Part shown: positions 42,338 through 52,947 of the stretch, in pieces
Numbering within the stretch: position 1 is the stretch's first letter
Layout: each line of letters opens with the position of its first letter
DNA from: an uncultured delta proteobacterium
GTDB taxonomy: Bacteria; Desulfobacterota; Desulfobacteria; Desulfobacterales; CAWDIC01
Direction of reading: 5' to 3'
Assembly: GCA_963802265.1 (NCBI GenBank)
Contig: CAWDIC010000006.1
Coordinates: 11,889-75,888 of the forward strand
DNA length: 64,000 nucleotides
The notes under the pieces: generated by a model
The model's database searches: none
The model's input: the letters and a program-made list of their open reading frames with translations, nothing else
Told to the model about the DNA's origin: nothing
Translations under genes and position numbers: made by a program

Positions 42338-42496
42338 ATGTTGCCTTTCAGTTTTGAATGGGTTTGGGACATGACGCACCTGGTCTTTCATGGCGGCCTA
42401 TGGTATGCGCTTAACATCATTGGTGCGGGCATGACCTATTGTATTATCAAGGCGGTTATCGATACGGCGAAGGGTAAGGGTGCCCATCACCATTAA
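42338..42496 (+). CDS. 52-aa single-TM protein downstream of qrcD (below the ORF-track length cutoff)
   Basis: ATG 42338 follows GAGGAGAG. The product is MLPFSFEWVWDMTHLVFHGGLWYALNIIGAGMTYCIIKAVIDTAKGKGAHHH. The operon terminator follows it. Confidence 0.45.
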   Translation: MLPFSFEWVWDMTHLVFHGGLWYALNIIGAGMTYCIIKAVIDTAKGKGAHHH

Positions 42497-42518
42497 TACT
42501 GATCGCCTTGAGAATTTA

Positions 42519-42561
42519 AAGCGCTTACCCCAGGGGATCGATAGGGGAAGCGCTTTTTTTT
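42519..42561 (+). terminator. Rho-independent terminator of the qrc-like operon
   Basis: AAGCGCTTACCCC-(12-nt loop)-GGGGAAGCGCTT followed by a T-run. Confidence 0.7.
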
Positions 42562-42670
42562 AAGATCAATATACTATCGTCGTTGTGAAAGGTGTGTGTT
42601 GCTAACGCCAAGAGTTGGGAGGTTGAATTAACAATCACGATAACCCAAGCCGAGCAAATCAAATTTTAAT

Positions 42671-43925
42671 ATGGATAAAATTATCATAAACGGTGGTCTG
42701 CCGCTCAAAGGGCAAGTCGCCATCAGTGGCGCCAAGAATGCGGCTCTGCCGATTCTCGTCGCGGCCCTGTTAACCGACGATTGGAACACATTTTCCAATG
42801 TTCCCCAACTCCAGGATGTTCAGAGCACTTTGCGTTTGCTCGAACATCTCGGTGCCCGGATAGCGGTCGAAGGCGATTCCGTGCGTATCGATGCCGGAGG
42901 GATTAGTACCCACGAAGCCCCCTATGACCTGGTGCGCAAAATGCGGGCCTCGATTTTGGTTTTAGGGCCCCTGGTCGCCCGCCTTAAAAAAGCCCGGGTT
43001 TCACTGCCGGGCGGTTGCGCCATCGGGGCACGGCCGATCAACCTGCATTTGAAAGGCCTTGCCAGTTTAGGGGCCCAAATCGAATTAAAGCACGGCTATG
43101 TCGAGGTTGAGGCGGAGCGCCTGATTGGCAATGAAATTTATTTCGATATGGCGACGGTTACCGGGACTGAAAATCTGATGATGGCGGCCGTTCTGGCCGA
43201 AGGGACGACGATCTTGCGAAATGCCGCCTGTGAGCCGGAGGTCGCCGCCCTGGCCGATGCATTAACCCGCATGGGCGCCAAGATACAGGGTGCCGGAACA
43301 TCTGAAATCAAGATTCAAGGTGTTGACGGCCCTCAAGCCCGCCGAAATCCGTATCATACCCGACCGCATCGAGGCCGGGACCTTCATGGTTGCGGCGGCC
43401 CTGACCGGGGGCGACGTTGAGATCATGGGCTGTGAACCGGAACATCTCGAGGCCGTCATACACAAACTGTGTCTGGCGGGCGCGCATGTCCGGGTGGCGG
43501 GAACGAGCGTGCATGTCAAAGGACCTGCAAGAACTACGAGTACCGATCTAAAGACCCTGCCATATCCAGGCTTTCCAACCGATATGCAGGCCCAGTTTAT
43601 GGTGCTCATGTCGGTCAGCAGCGGACTGAGCATCATTTCCGAAACCATTTTTGAAAACCGTTTCATGCATGTCAGTGAACTCAAACGCATGGGGGCGGAC
43701 ATCACGATTTCCAGCAACGCGGCGCTGGTCAAAGGGGTGCCAGACCTGTCAGGCGCACCGGTTATGGCGAGTGATTTGCGAGCCAGTGCTTCGCTGATTC
43801 TGGCCGGTCTGGTTGCCCAAGGGCAGACCGAGGTAAATCGGGTCTATCATCTCGATCGCGGTTATGAAGCCATCGAGAAGAAGTTTACCAAGCTGGGGGC
43901 GCGCATCGAAAGGGTAAAAGTCTAG
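42671..43925 (+). CDS. murA: UDP-N-acetylglucosamine 1-carboxyvinyltransferase MurA; one frame break
   Basis: Blocks [42 protein letters not shown] (catalytic Cys) and [10 protein letters not shown]. Pieces 42671-43420 and 43290-43925. Confidence 0.92.
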
Positions 43926-43989
43926 CCTCGTCCAAGTCCATTTTCATAGAATTATTGCTCGCATTTAAGTGAGGTATTCCCATTGGATT

Positions 43990-46480
43990 AACCCCGACCA
44001 CATACGCCCGCCCTGTTATTCCTGTTTTAACGGCCTTTATTGCCGGTTTGGCCATGGGGTCCGATTTCCGGGCCTTGGACCATGGATCTGGATCCCTACC
44101 GGCCTCGCTTGGCCGTTCTCGTCTACAAAATAGGGCGTCAGCAAGGTGCCGCATTTACGCCCCTGATTCTTTGCGGGTTATGCGGGTATTTGGCAATTCA
44201 ACCGTGGTTGGCCCCCATTTTCCTGAAAACCATGTGGCCCATTTTGTGAACTCCCATCCGTGGCGCATATCCGGTATTGTCGCCAATGCACCCTTACACC
44301 AGCAACGCCGAACCAAGCTCATTTTAAGGGTCACCCGCTTGAAGACAGAAAAAGTTTCCCGGTCGGTCCACGGACAAATCCGTGTCACTGTCTACGGCAT
44401 TCCGCCTGCATTCGAAAGAGGTGATGCGCTCACGTTCAATGGCCGTATTAGAGCGATCCGCAATTTCAACAACCCCGGTGCTTTTGATTACCAAACCTTT
44501 CTGGCGCTCAAGAAAATATGGGGATCGGCTTATACGACAGTTGACGCGCTGCAGATTGTGCGCAGCACGGAGGATGGCGGATTCCTGCGTGCGCTGGATC
44601 GGATTCGAAAGCCGCATCGCCAGCCTGATCGAGGGCATCGAATCTGATCAGGTGTCAACCGCCAGCAAGGCCGTCTTAAAGGCTCTGATTATCGGTGACC
44701 GCAGTGGAATTACCCCGGACGGCCGCATGGCGTTTAACCGTTCCGGTGTCGGACATCTTGCTGGCGATTTCGGGTCTGCATGTCGGTATCATTGCCGCGA
44801 CGGCCTTTTGGATATTACGGTGGCTGATGTCGCATTGGCAGGTTGCCTTGTGGCGAGCCTGGATCAATAAAAGCGCCGCTGGCTTAACGCTGATACCGGT
44901 AGTCGCATATGGGTTGCTGGCGGGGTTGTCGCCGTCGACCCAGCGAGCACTCATCATGGTCAGCGTCTTTCTGGGGGCCTTCTTGATCGAGCGGGAACAG
45001 GATCTCTTAAACACCTTGTCGGTGGCGGCCCTGATCATTTTGATCATCAATCCACCCGCCCTTTTCGCCGTGTCGTTCCAACTGTCTTTTGCTGCTGTTG
45101 CGTCTATCCTTTTAGGCCTAGCGCTTATAAAGCACGGGGTGCGTCGGGCGGACAGGTCGCTTGTCCTACGGATTTTAAAAAGTCTAACAACCATGGGACT
45201 GGTTTCGCTGTTCGCAATGCTGGGCACCCTACCGCTGGTGATGTGCTATTTCAATCTGGTTTCACTGGTGGGGTGGGGTGCTAACGTGGTCGTGGTTCCC
45301 TTGATCGGATTCACGGTTATTCCGCTAGGTCTATTGGCGGTCGGTGTCTATCCTGTCAGCGCCGCGCTAGCGCTGCTGTTGTGGCAGGGGTGCTTGATCG
45401 TGTTGTCGAAAGTTTTGACCCTGATCGACATCATCGCTGCTTGGCCCTGGGCCGCAGTGCGAACCGTTACGCCGACCACTATAGAAATCGCAAGTTATTA
45501 CGCCCTCCTTGTGGGGCTATTCCTGTTGGCCAAAGTGCGATTGGAGCCGCAGGCTGCGAATCGGGCGCGGCTGGCTTTATGGGGGAGGGGCGTGGTCATC
45601 GGCGTTCTCCTAGTAGCAAGTATCGATGTCGGCTACTGGGTTTACCAGCGCTTCGGTCGCTCCGATTTAAGGGTAACGGCCATTGATGTTGGACAAGGCA
45701 GCGCGACCCTGGTGGAGGTCCCTGGCGGGCATACGGTTTTAATCGATGGCGGCGGTTTCAGCGACAATGAGGCTTTCGACGTGGGGGCGCGTGTTGTCGC
45801 GCCTTTCTTGTGGCGCAAAAAAATCAAAACAGTCGAGACGCTTGTCCTTTCACACCCCAACGCCGACCATCTAAATGGGTTGCTGTTCATCGCCGACAAC
45901 TTCAACACCAAAGAATTCTGGGCCAATGGTGAAGCGGTCGATAAAGCCGGCTACCGAAAGTTGGTGCAGGTTTTGAAGCATGCGAACATCGCTGTACCCG
46001 CTTTTGAGAATTCGGCTAAGCGCAAGGTCATCAAGGGGGTGACCTTTGACATTTTATATCCTCCCCAGGGGTTTTTTGCAACGCCGCACAGTGGATACCT
46101 GGCGGAACAGCAACAATAACTCCCTGGTTTTGAAAGTAAGCTATGGCCGACGGTCTGTTTTAATACCCGGGGATATCATGGCCCGCGGTGAAGCTGAATT
46201 GGTCTCACTAAAAGGCACCGATCTGCGCAGCAGCGTTCTACTGTCCCCCCATCATGGCAGTCGAACCGGAAGCAGTGCCTTGTTTTTGGACCAGGTCAAG
46301 CCCCAGATCGTTGTCATCTCGGCAGGGTGGCAAAACCGATTCGGTTTCCCCCATCCATCCGTTTTAAACCGTTACCGGGATCGTGGTTATCAGGTTTTTC
46401 GTACGGATCAACATGGGGCCATCAAGATCATTACAAACGGTTCCGAATTGGAGGTCATGCCCCTGTTGCCACCGACCTAG
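43990..46480 (+). CDS. comEC: ComEC/Rec2 DNA-internalisation channel protein with C-terminal MBL-fold domain; at least three frame breaks, start approximate
   Basis: N-terminal OB-like region (44048-44647), competence TM core (44695-46119, ...SGLHVGII...) and a metallo-beta-lactamase part (IDVGQGSATLVEVPGGHTVLIDGGG, LSHPNADH), ending at 46480. Confidence 0.85.
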
Positions 46481-46621
46481 TGCCATCCATAAATGGTTTA
46501 AGGCGGTTAATTATTTGTTAAGCTTTACAAATTTACAATATCCTGATAAAATTCAATTTTATCTGGCAGATGCCGGTGCTCTCAGCCATAAGCTGGGAAC
46601 GGACGTGCGCACGTGGGTGAC

Positions 46622-47543
46622 ATGCTGAAAAAGAAAAAAGAAGCTCAAATTTGGGCCGTCGGGGGCGGCAAGGGCGGTATCGGCAAAAGCTTCATTGTCA
46701 GCGCCCTGGGAAACCATCTGGCCCAACAAGGCCACAAGGTCATCCTGGTGGATGCCGACCTGGGAGCCGCCAATCTGCATACCTTTCTCGGTGTTGGCAA
46801 ACCCCATACTTCCCTTACCGATTTTTTTGAAAAGAAGCTTCCGTTGGCGAAGCTGGTCGTGCCGAGCGGCATTGAAAACTTGGGACTGTTGGTGGGGGCC
46901 ATCCATTCACTGGCAGCGGACAGCATCAAGTATGCCCAGAAGATAAAACTGTTGAGGCATATCAAGAAGCTGGATACCGATTACGTGCTCATCGACCTGG
47001 GTGCGGGCGCGCACTTCAACACGATCGACACCTTTTTGCTGGCCGACCGGATGATCGTCGTTATCATGCCTGAAATCACGGCGATTGAAAACATGTATTA
47101 TTTCGTGAAAAATGTATTTTTTCGGCAACTGATGAAGACCTTAACAGCCAACGGGCACAAGGAGGTCTTCCAAGATGCCTGGTTGAACCGTACGACCTAC
47201 AAGATTACCAACTTACGACAACTTATCGATCACCTGGCCGATACATCTGAGGACGTTCAAGCGATCATCGCCGGTGAGCTTGATCATTTCTGCGTCCAGA
47301 TTATTCTCAACCAGGTCCGGAACAATCAGGAGATCATGATCGGCACTTCGGTCAAAAGTGTGTGTTTGAAATACTTTCGGACTCAAAGCCCGCTATGCGG
47401 GCTTCCTCGAATACGATGATTTTATTCCGCGTTGTATCAATAAACGGCAGCCTTATCTTCAAGCCTATCCTGAATCGCGCTGTGCAAAAGAGCTGGAATC
47501 CTTGGCCGCAAACCTTATCGAGGGCAAACAGGTTGAAATCTGA
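46622..47543 (+). CDS. MinD/ParA-family P-loop ATPase; one frame break near the C-terminus
   Basis: Deviant Walker A GGGKGGIGKS and DADLGAANLHTFLG. The piece 46613-47419 continues after a shift as ...RYAGFLEYDDFIPRCINKRQPYLQAYPESRCAKELESLAANLIEGKQVEI, ending at TGA 47541. Confidence 0.75.
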
Positions 47544-48141
47544 AAACCACCATCGTGAGTATCGGCGTTACTACGATGTCTTGGAACTGGTGCCGGGCGC
47601 CTCGTTAACCGATGTTCGCAAAGCCTATATACGGCTCAAGGAATTGTATTCGACCGAGTCGCTTGCAATCATAGCGGTTGAAGACGAGCTCCCAGGTGAT
47701 CACAAAACACAAATTCTGTCCCAGGTACAGGAGGCTTATCATCGCCTCCGGTCTTTGCTGGAAAAGGATGCACAGGCGGCGAACCAAAGAAAATCTACTG
47801 CGCATAAGGCCGTACACGCAACGGCCACAAGTACCGAACAGCAGGCCTTTGATGGTCAGAGCCTCAAGCGGATCAGGGAGGAGTTGAAAATCAGCCTTGA
47901 GGCAATCGCCGCTGCAACCCGGGTCCCGCTTCAGCATCTTGAGAACATCGAAGAAGAAAACTTCGACGATCTTCCAGCCGAAGTATTTACGCGAGGTTTT
48001 GTTGTTGCCTATGCCAGGCATCTGGCCCTTGATGTTGAAAAGGTGGTATCGGATTACATGCAGCGCTACCGCGAAGGGAAAAGTGTTCAGGTAAAAAGGC
48101 CCGGGTCGCGTTTGCTGGCGCGGCTTACTGGCAAAAAGTAG
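47533..48141 (+). CDS. J-like domain (no HPD) plus RodZ-type helix-turn-helix protein
   Basis: YYDVLELVPGASLTDVRKAYIRLKELY resembles J-domain helices I-II, but STES replaces HPD. The C-terminal block LKRIREELKISLEAIAAATRVPLQHLENIEEENFDDLPAEVFTRGFVVAYARHL matches the RodZ/XRE HTH type. I infer a TTG start at 47533, which overlaps the upstream stop. Confidence 0.55.
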   Translation: MKSENHHREYRRYYDVLELVPGASLTDVRKAYIRLKELYSTESLAIIAVEDELPGDHKTQILSQVQEAYHRLRSLLEKDAQAANQRKSTAHKAVHATATSTEQQAFDGQSLKRIREELKISLEAIAAATRVPLQHLENIEEENFDDLPAEVFTRGFVVAYARHLALDVEKVVSDYMQRYREGKSVQVKRPGSRLLARLTGKK

Positions 48142-48158
48142 CTAAAAGGCTTCTCAAA

Positions 48159-48350
48159 ATGACTTATAATTTTGATGCAGATCGTTGGTATGAAAGGGAA
48201 TGGTCGATTCTCAAGGCCCGCCGACAGTCAGGCGCCTTGAGCCAGGAAGATTTCGAGGCCGCCAGCGAAGAGATCAATCGCCGCTATGATGAGATGGTAA
48301 AGCGCCTGGATGGGACGTACCGTATTCCTTCGCCCGGCCCTCGGCCATGA
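48159..48350 (+). CDS. Small hypothetical protein (63 aa)
   Basis: Intact ORF 18 nt after the previous gene. Charged and helical-looking, with no recognisable motif. Confidence 0.35.
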   Translation: MTYNFDADRWYEREWSILKARRQSGALSQEDFEAASEEINRRYDEMVKRLDGTYRIPSPGPRP

Positions 48351-48415
48351 GCGGCAGGCGGCCAGAATGCATGTCGAAGGCGGGCCGAACGGTCGGCGTG
48401 AATGTTTCATCGGAT

Positions 48416-49799
48416 TTATGAATCGATGGGCCTGCCGTGGATTGTCCGTAGCGGTGCGCGGGTCAGCTTGCCGGCGGCCTGTTGTCCGGCCTGACTGCCC
48501 GGTGCAATGTCTGAGGCCTTTTGCCAGTAACTGACCGCTTTGGCTGAGTCATCCGCCAATTCAGCATAGACATTGCCGATGCGATAGTACATCTCGGCCT
48601 TGAATGCTCGTATCCTGCATACTGTTGGCCGCCGCTTCATACCCTTCAACTGCATAGGGGACCAGCTTGCGGCCCTTTCTCCCAATTTTTTGGCCATATT
48701 CATAATTGACGTCACCCTTGAACACCAGGGCGTCGATGTATTTGGGGTCGTAGTAAATTGCTTTGGCCAGCGACTTGTTGGTTTTACGTAGATTACCCGC
48801 AACATTGAATGCTTTGGCGTAATAGAACCAGACTTCCGGAGCCGTGGGATTTTGGGCGTAAATGTATTTCAAGGCGACCAGTGCCTCTTTTATCCGCACT
48901 TCCCAATTGACATTACCCGCTTCTTTCAACTGTTTGACTTCTTCCAGTTTGGGGTCGAGATCAGACAGTTTGCGTAATAATTCAGCGTTCCGGCCGGAGT
49001 CAAAGGCCGACGGACCGGTATACTTGCCGAAATCGGTTTTGGGTTGGGACAGACTTCGTACCATTTGACCATAGGCAATCGTCTGTGGTGCAGCCTCTTC
49101 CAGAATTTGGGCCTCGGCGATGTTGTTGCGAACCTTGGAGATTTCGATTTGGCCTGTTTGAATCCTTTCGATATCGAGCACCTCGCCGGTCTTGGGGTGT
49201 TTGATGACACTGCCTTCTCTGAAGACGCTGAAACGCATACCCGCTTTAACGCCGGCATAACGGCCGAGGTCGATGGAAACTTTTTGATCGTTACGGCTGA
49301 CCACGTACCCTTCCAGGGGGAAATCCTTGATAATTTTTTCAGCCATCTGCATCACCAGTTCTTCGAGTCGGATCGCGGTGGTGCTTTTTACACTTTCAGC
49401 GGTAATGATGGAGGCACTGGTCACATCGATGATGCGGGCGTTGACTTCCAGCACGTTTTGAAAACTCACGACCGTGCCGGAAATAATTATTTTAACTCCG
49501 AGCAGTTTGCCGAGTTCGGAAGCACTGGCTTCATTGACCACGCCCGTCATGACCAATTGTTGCTCGCCTAAAACTTTTTTTAGCAAGCGTCGTTCAATGA
49601 CATCAAAACGGCCGTCTTTCACGAGGGCGGTAATCAGCCATTCGGCTACGATGGCCCCCATGTCGGAATTTTCATACTGGGAGCCCTGGATCTGAAAATC
49701 GACGACCGCGACTTTGGTTTTCTGGAATTCGGCCAGTCCCAGGGCCGGGAGGCCAGCCGTAAAAGCGAGCATCAAGGTGATGATCAAAAAGCGTTTCAT
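48416..49799 (-). CDS. Secreted CsgG/FlgO-like domain protein with C-terminal TPR repeats; one frame break
   Basis: Signal peptide, then VAVVDFQIQG...GAIVAEWLITALVKDGRFDVIERRLLKKVLGEQQL...LGVKIIISGTV (CsgG/FlgO/LpoB-like alpha/beta fold), then a TPR region. Pieces 48561-49799 and 48416-48805. Confidence 0.6.
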
Positions 49800-49820
49800 C
49801 CGTAACCCCCGTCAGGATAG

Positions 49821-50936
49821 TTATTGCAAATGGATCGTGACCCGACTACCAACGATATCGGTCACCGATAGCCTTTGTTCCAGAACCCGTTGTCCATCGA
49901 CGCTCTCACTAAAAGCGTCCGCATTGCCTTTGAATACAATAGCAAGTTTCAGTTGCCCTCCGCTGAACGCCTTTTTGGATACCGAAACCACGTCGGCCAG
50001 GCCGGCTAAAACTTGCCGGACGGCTTTCTGGGTCTTGAAGTTGGAGACGTTCTTCACGGTGATGTCCAAAGCAATGCCGTTGTTGATCATGTCTTGAAAG
50101 GATGCCACGATCGTTTCGAAGAGATCGCGATCCATCAGTTTGCCAGCCGCCTTGGCCGTGGCCTGGTTTTGGGCCGCATCGGCGGAAACGTGTACTGCTG
50201 CGCTGGAGGTTGAACTGGCGGTAATGACCTTGGCGGTGGAACAGTTGACGACTTTGGCGCTGATCGTGGCCTGGCCCGAAACCATTCCGGATTCTTTCAA
50301 AAAGGCACTTTCTTTGAGTGATTTGGTGACCATGCCAACGATCACGTATTCGGCGCCATTGGCAGCACCGATTTGGGCAGCGGCAGCCGGGTTGCCTGCT
50401 GCCGCGCGCCCGACGAACTTTTCCTCTTTTTGCATCAGCGCCGCCACGGCGGCGGCATCAACAAGATCGAACCCTTTTTGGCGCAAAAAGTCGATGATGG
50501 TATTTTCAGCGGTTTTGCCGTCCTGCTCTTTGATCACGACCATCATGCGTGGTTTGTCCATCGATTCAAGCAAAATTTTTAGGGCGGCCAGATCGGCTTT
50601 AATATTGGCCAGCGAAACCACGGCACGAATTCTGGCATAAAAATCTTTGGGCCCTTGTTGCTTTTCTTCGAGCAGATCGTATTGTTTCACCGATCCCATT
50701 GTTTTGGTGAGGATAATATCTTTTTGAAGCTCGTAATTTTTAATTTCGGTCTCTGATATAAGGAAGGTGCCGATGCCCTTTTCAACAGCATTCCGCTTGG
50801 CTTTGAGCAGGGCATCATTTTTTGATATGCCATAGCCGTCGGCCTGAACCGTGATATTACCTTCAGGCGCTTGGGCGTTGAGCAAACCAGCCCATAAAAT
50901 GAAAATCATAATAAGGGTTAAGGAAGTCAGCTTCAC
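49821..50936 (-). CDS. Secreted LPP20/FlgP-like domain protein
   Basis: Intact 371 aa with a signal peptide (cleavage near AQA). The N-terminal block GYGISKNDALLKAKRNAVEKGIGTFL is LPP20-like. The rest is Ala-rich with no other motif. Confidence 0.5.
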   Translation of the reverse strand: MKLTSLTLIMIFILWAGLLNAQAPEGNITVQADGYGISKNDALLKAKRNAVEKGIGTFLISETEIKNYELQKDIILTKTMGSVKQYDLLEEKQQGPKDFYARIRAVVSLANIKADLAALKILLESMDKPRMMVVIKEQDGKTAENTIIDFLRQKGFDLVDAAAVAALMQKEEKFVGRAAAGNPAAAAQIGAANGAEYVIVGMVTKSLKESAFLKESGMVSGQATISAKVVNCSTAKVITASSTSSAAVHVSADAAQNQATAKAAGKLMDRDLFETIVASFQDMINNGIALDITVKNVSNFKTQKAVRQVLAGLADVVSVSKKAFSGGQLKLAIVFKGNADAFSESVDGQRVLEQRLSVTDIVGSRVTIHLQ

Positions 50937-51302
50937 GTTTTACCTCCCGGTCGGCATTCAACAGGTGCGTCGCCACGCCGAGGGCCTGATTTTATCACGG
51001 TTGCTTCGCGTTGCCCAACGGCGCTGAATCGAATAGTAAACGACAAGAATTTCTTTTTATGTCGGGCCAGTATAAGAGAACGACACTTCGATGTCAAGGC
51101 GCCATACCAATCCAGGATGGCCCTTAAGGGCCTTGAACATGGCGCTCTAATCATGAAGCCTAAACCCGTGTGACTTGGTTTTGCAAAACAGTGACAAATC
51201 GTGGTTAAGTGGAATAATGCTTTGACAACGTTTAGTATATTAAATAGGTAAGTTGTGAAACGCTCGTTGAATCTGAAATGTAAGCAGCAAGGGAGGCACT
51301 TT

Positions 51303-52164
51303 ATGAAATTATTCACCAAAAAGGTTATGCTGGTCGGGTTGCTGCTTTTGCTGGGGACCATAGCTGGAAATTCCGCCAATGCCGTCATCTGGCAAGAACA
51401 CCCATTACTGCCATGGGAGCAAGATGCGTTAAGGGCTTTTGGCAGAAACGATTACAACGGCACCATCCAAAAGGCCCAAAACCAACCCGAAGACCCCAAC
51501 TGGAATGCGCCCCTGATTATTTATTTCTGCCATGCCCAGAAATATTACCTGGAGCGCAGCCAGGATTCAGCCGTATATTACAAACAGCAATATCACGGGA
51601 TCTACAATCGTCTTTCAGGCACCAATTTAGCGGTGCTGACGCGCTTGGTCGGCATGCCGCAAATGAGTTGGAACAAAAAAGTCAATAAAAAATTTATGGA
51701 TGCCGCCTTTAAAAAATCGGGAACGGACGAGCATCTGGGGGCGCTTTTATTCTATATTGAAAACGGAGCGGCGGATGTTTCCAAAGGGGCCGTTAAAGGT
51801 TTGCAGGTTTTGTTGCAGAGCAAGCGCAATATCGTGGAGAATGGCGGATGCGTTGAGCAAGGAAGATCGGAATTGGATGAAGGATCCCAAAATGCTCAAG
51901 CTTCTGGTCCGTATGGCCGGCGAAAATGCGAGTCCTGCGGCCGGGTTCTTGTCCAAAATGCCTGCTTTTGCACGTAAGAAGGTCATGACCGGGGCATCGG
52001 CCTGCTTGGGCCTGATTCAAGACCCGGCCCTGCCAATGCTGAAAGATGCGGCTGCTATGGGTAATACCAGTGCTGCCGCGACAATTCAAATTATACAGGA
52101 TGCGCGTGGGGCGCGTCTGGCCAAATTTCCAAACAGTACTTGGTACAGTGCCACTGGAAGGTAG
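51303..52164 (+). CDS. Secreted helical-repeat (HEAT-like) protein; one frame break
   Basis: ATG 51303 follows GGGAGG. Signal peptide MKLFTKKVMLVGLLLLLGTIAGNSANA. Pieces 51255-51977 and 51700-52164. The repeat call is tentative. Confidence 0.4.
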
Positions 52165-52223
52165 CACTTAAAAGTTAAACGCTCAATTGAGATAGGATGC
52201 AATTATCAAACAAGGAGGAAAAC

Positions 52224-52418
52224 ATGAAAGTTCGCGTTACGAGTCAGTGCATGGGGGATCGAAACTGCAACAATCTTTGCCCGGACGTGTTTCAATATGA
52301 TGAAGACCAGCTGATGTCAATCGTCAAGATGGATGAAATTCCTGAACAATACAAGGATCTTGTTCGACAGGCGGCTGCCGAGTGCGGCGCCGATGCCATC
52401 GAGATCATCGAAGAATAA
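52224..52418 (+). CDS. Small single-cluster ferredoxin
   Basis: 64 aa after AAGGAGG. The pattern MKVRVTSQCMGDRNCNNLCPDVFQYDED...AAAECGADAIEI matches small ferredoxins (C-x5-C-x3-CP). Confidence 0.7.
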   Translation: MKVRVTSQCMGDRNCNNLCPDVFQYDEDQLMSIVKMDEIPEQYKDLVRQAAAECGADAIEIIEE

Positions 52419-52422
52419 AAAT

Positions 52423-52451
52423 CGTTTCTCAATTTTTTTATGAGAAGCGAC
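52423..52451. terminator. Hairpin between the convergent ferredoxin and fabZ-like genes
   Basis: A 10-bp stem TCGTTTCTCA/TGAGAAGCGA with one G-U pair and a 9-nt loop. A T-run follows on the minus strand. Confidence 0.4.
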
Positions 52452-52512
52452 GTTGTCGCTCCAAAGGGAAACGTTTGCCAGCCGCCGGCTAGCTTATCCG
52501 TCGTTCTTTTCT

Positions 52513-52947
52513 TCAGCTAACACCAGGGATCCATTGGCGATCATACGGGCATGCGACCGTGGCCGCCACGTTGAAGCGAAACAGGTGGCCGTAGGCTTTT
52601 TTGAGCTTGGCTGTCAGGGCCAGGGTTTCTCCCGGAAAGGCGGGTTGAATGAACTTTAGGTCCACTTGGGCCAGGTATAGCTGAAAATCCATGCGGTCAC
52701 CGTAGGTCAAGCCGATTAAAAGCCCGCTCGCTTGGGCCAAGGCTTCCGCCACGAGGACCCCGGGCATAATCGGGCGACCCGGGAAATGACCGCAGAAAAA
52801 AGTCTGCCCCCGGGTCGAGTTTTTTGTTGGCGGTAATCTGGACACCGGCTTCGAAGGTCATGCACGTGATCCACGAAGAGAAACGGGCTTCGATGGGGTA
52901 GGATTTTTTTTATCAGCGCTCGGTCGTAATGGTATCGGCTTCGGCAT
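52513..52947 (-). CDS. FabZ/FabA-type 3-hydroxyacyl-ACP dehydratase; two or three frame breaks
   Basis: ATG 52947 overlaps the fabD-like stop. ILPHRSPFLFVDHV and FFCGHFPGRPIMPGVLVAEALAQ are hotdog dehydratase motifs. The first break falls in the T8 run at 52904-52911. Confidence 0.75.
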
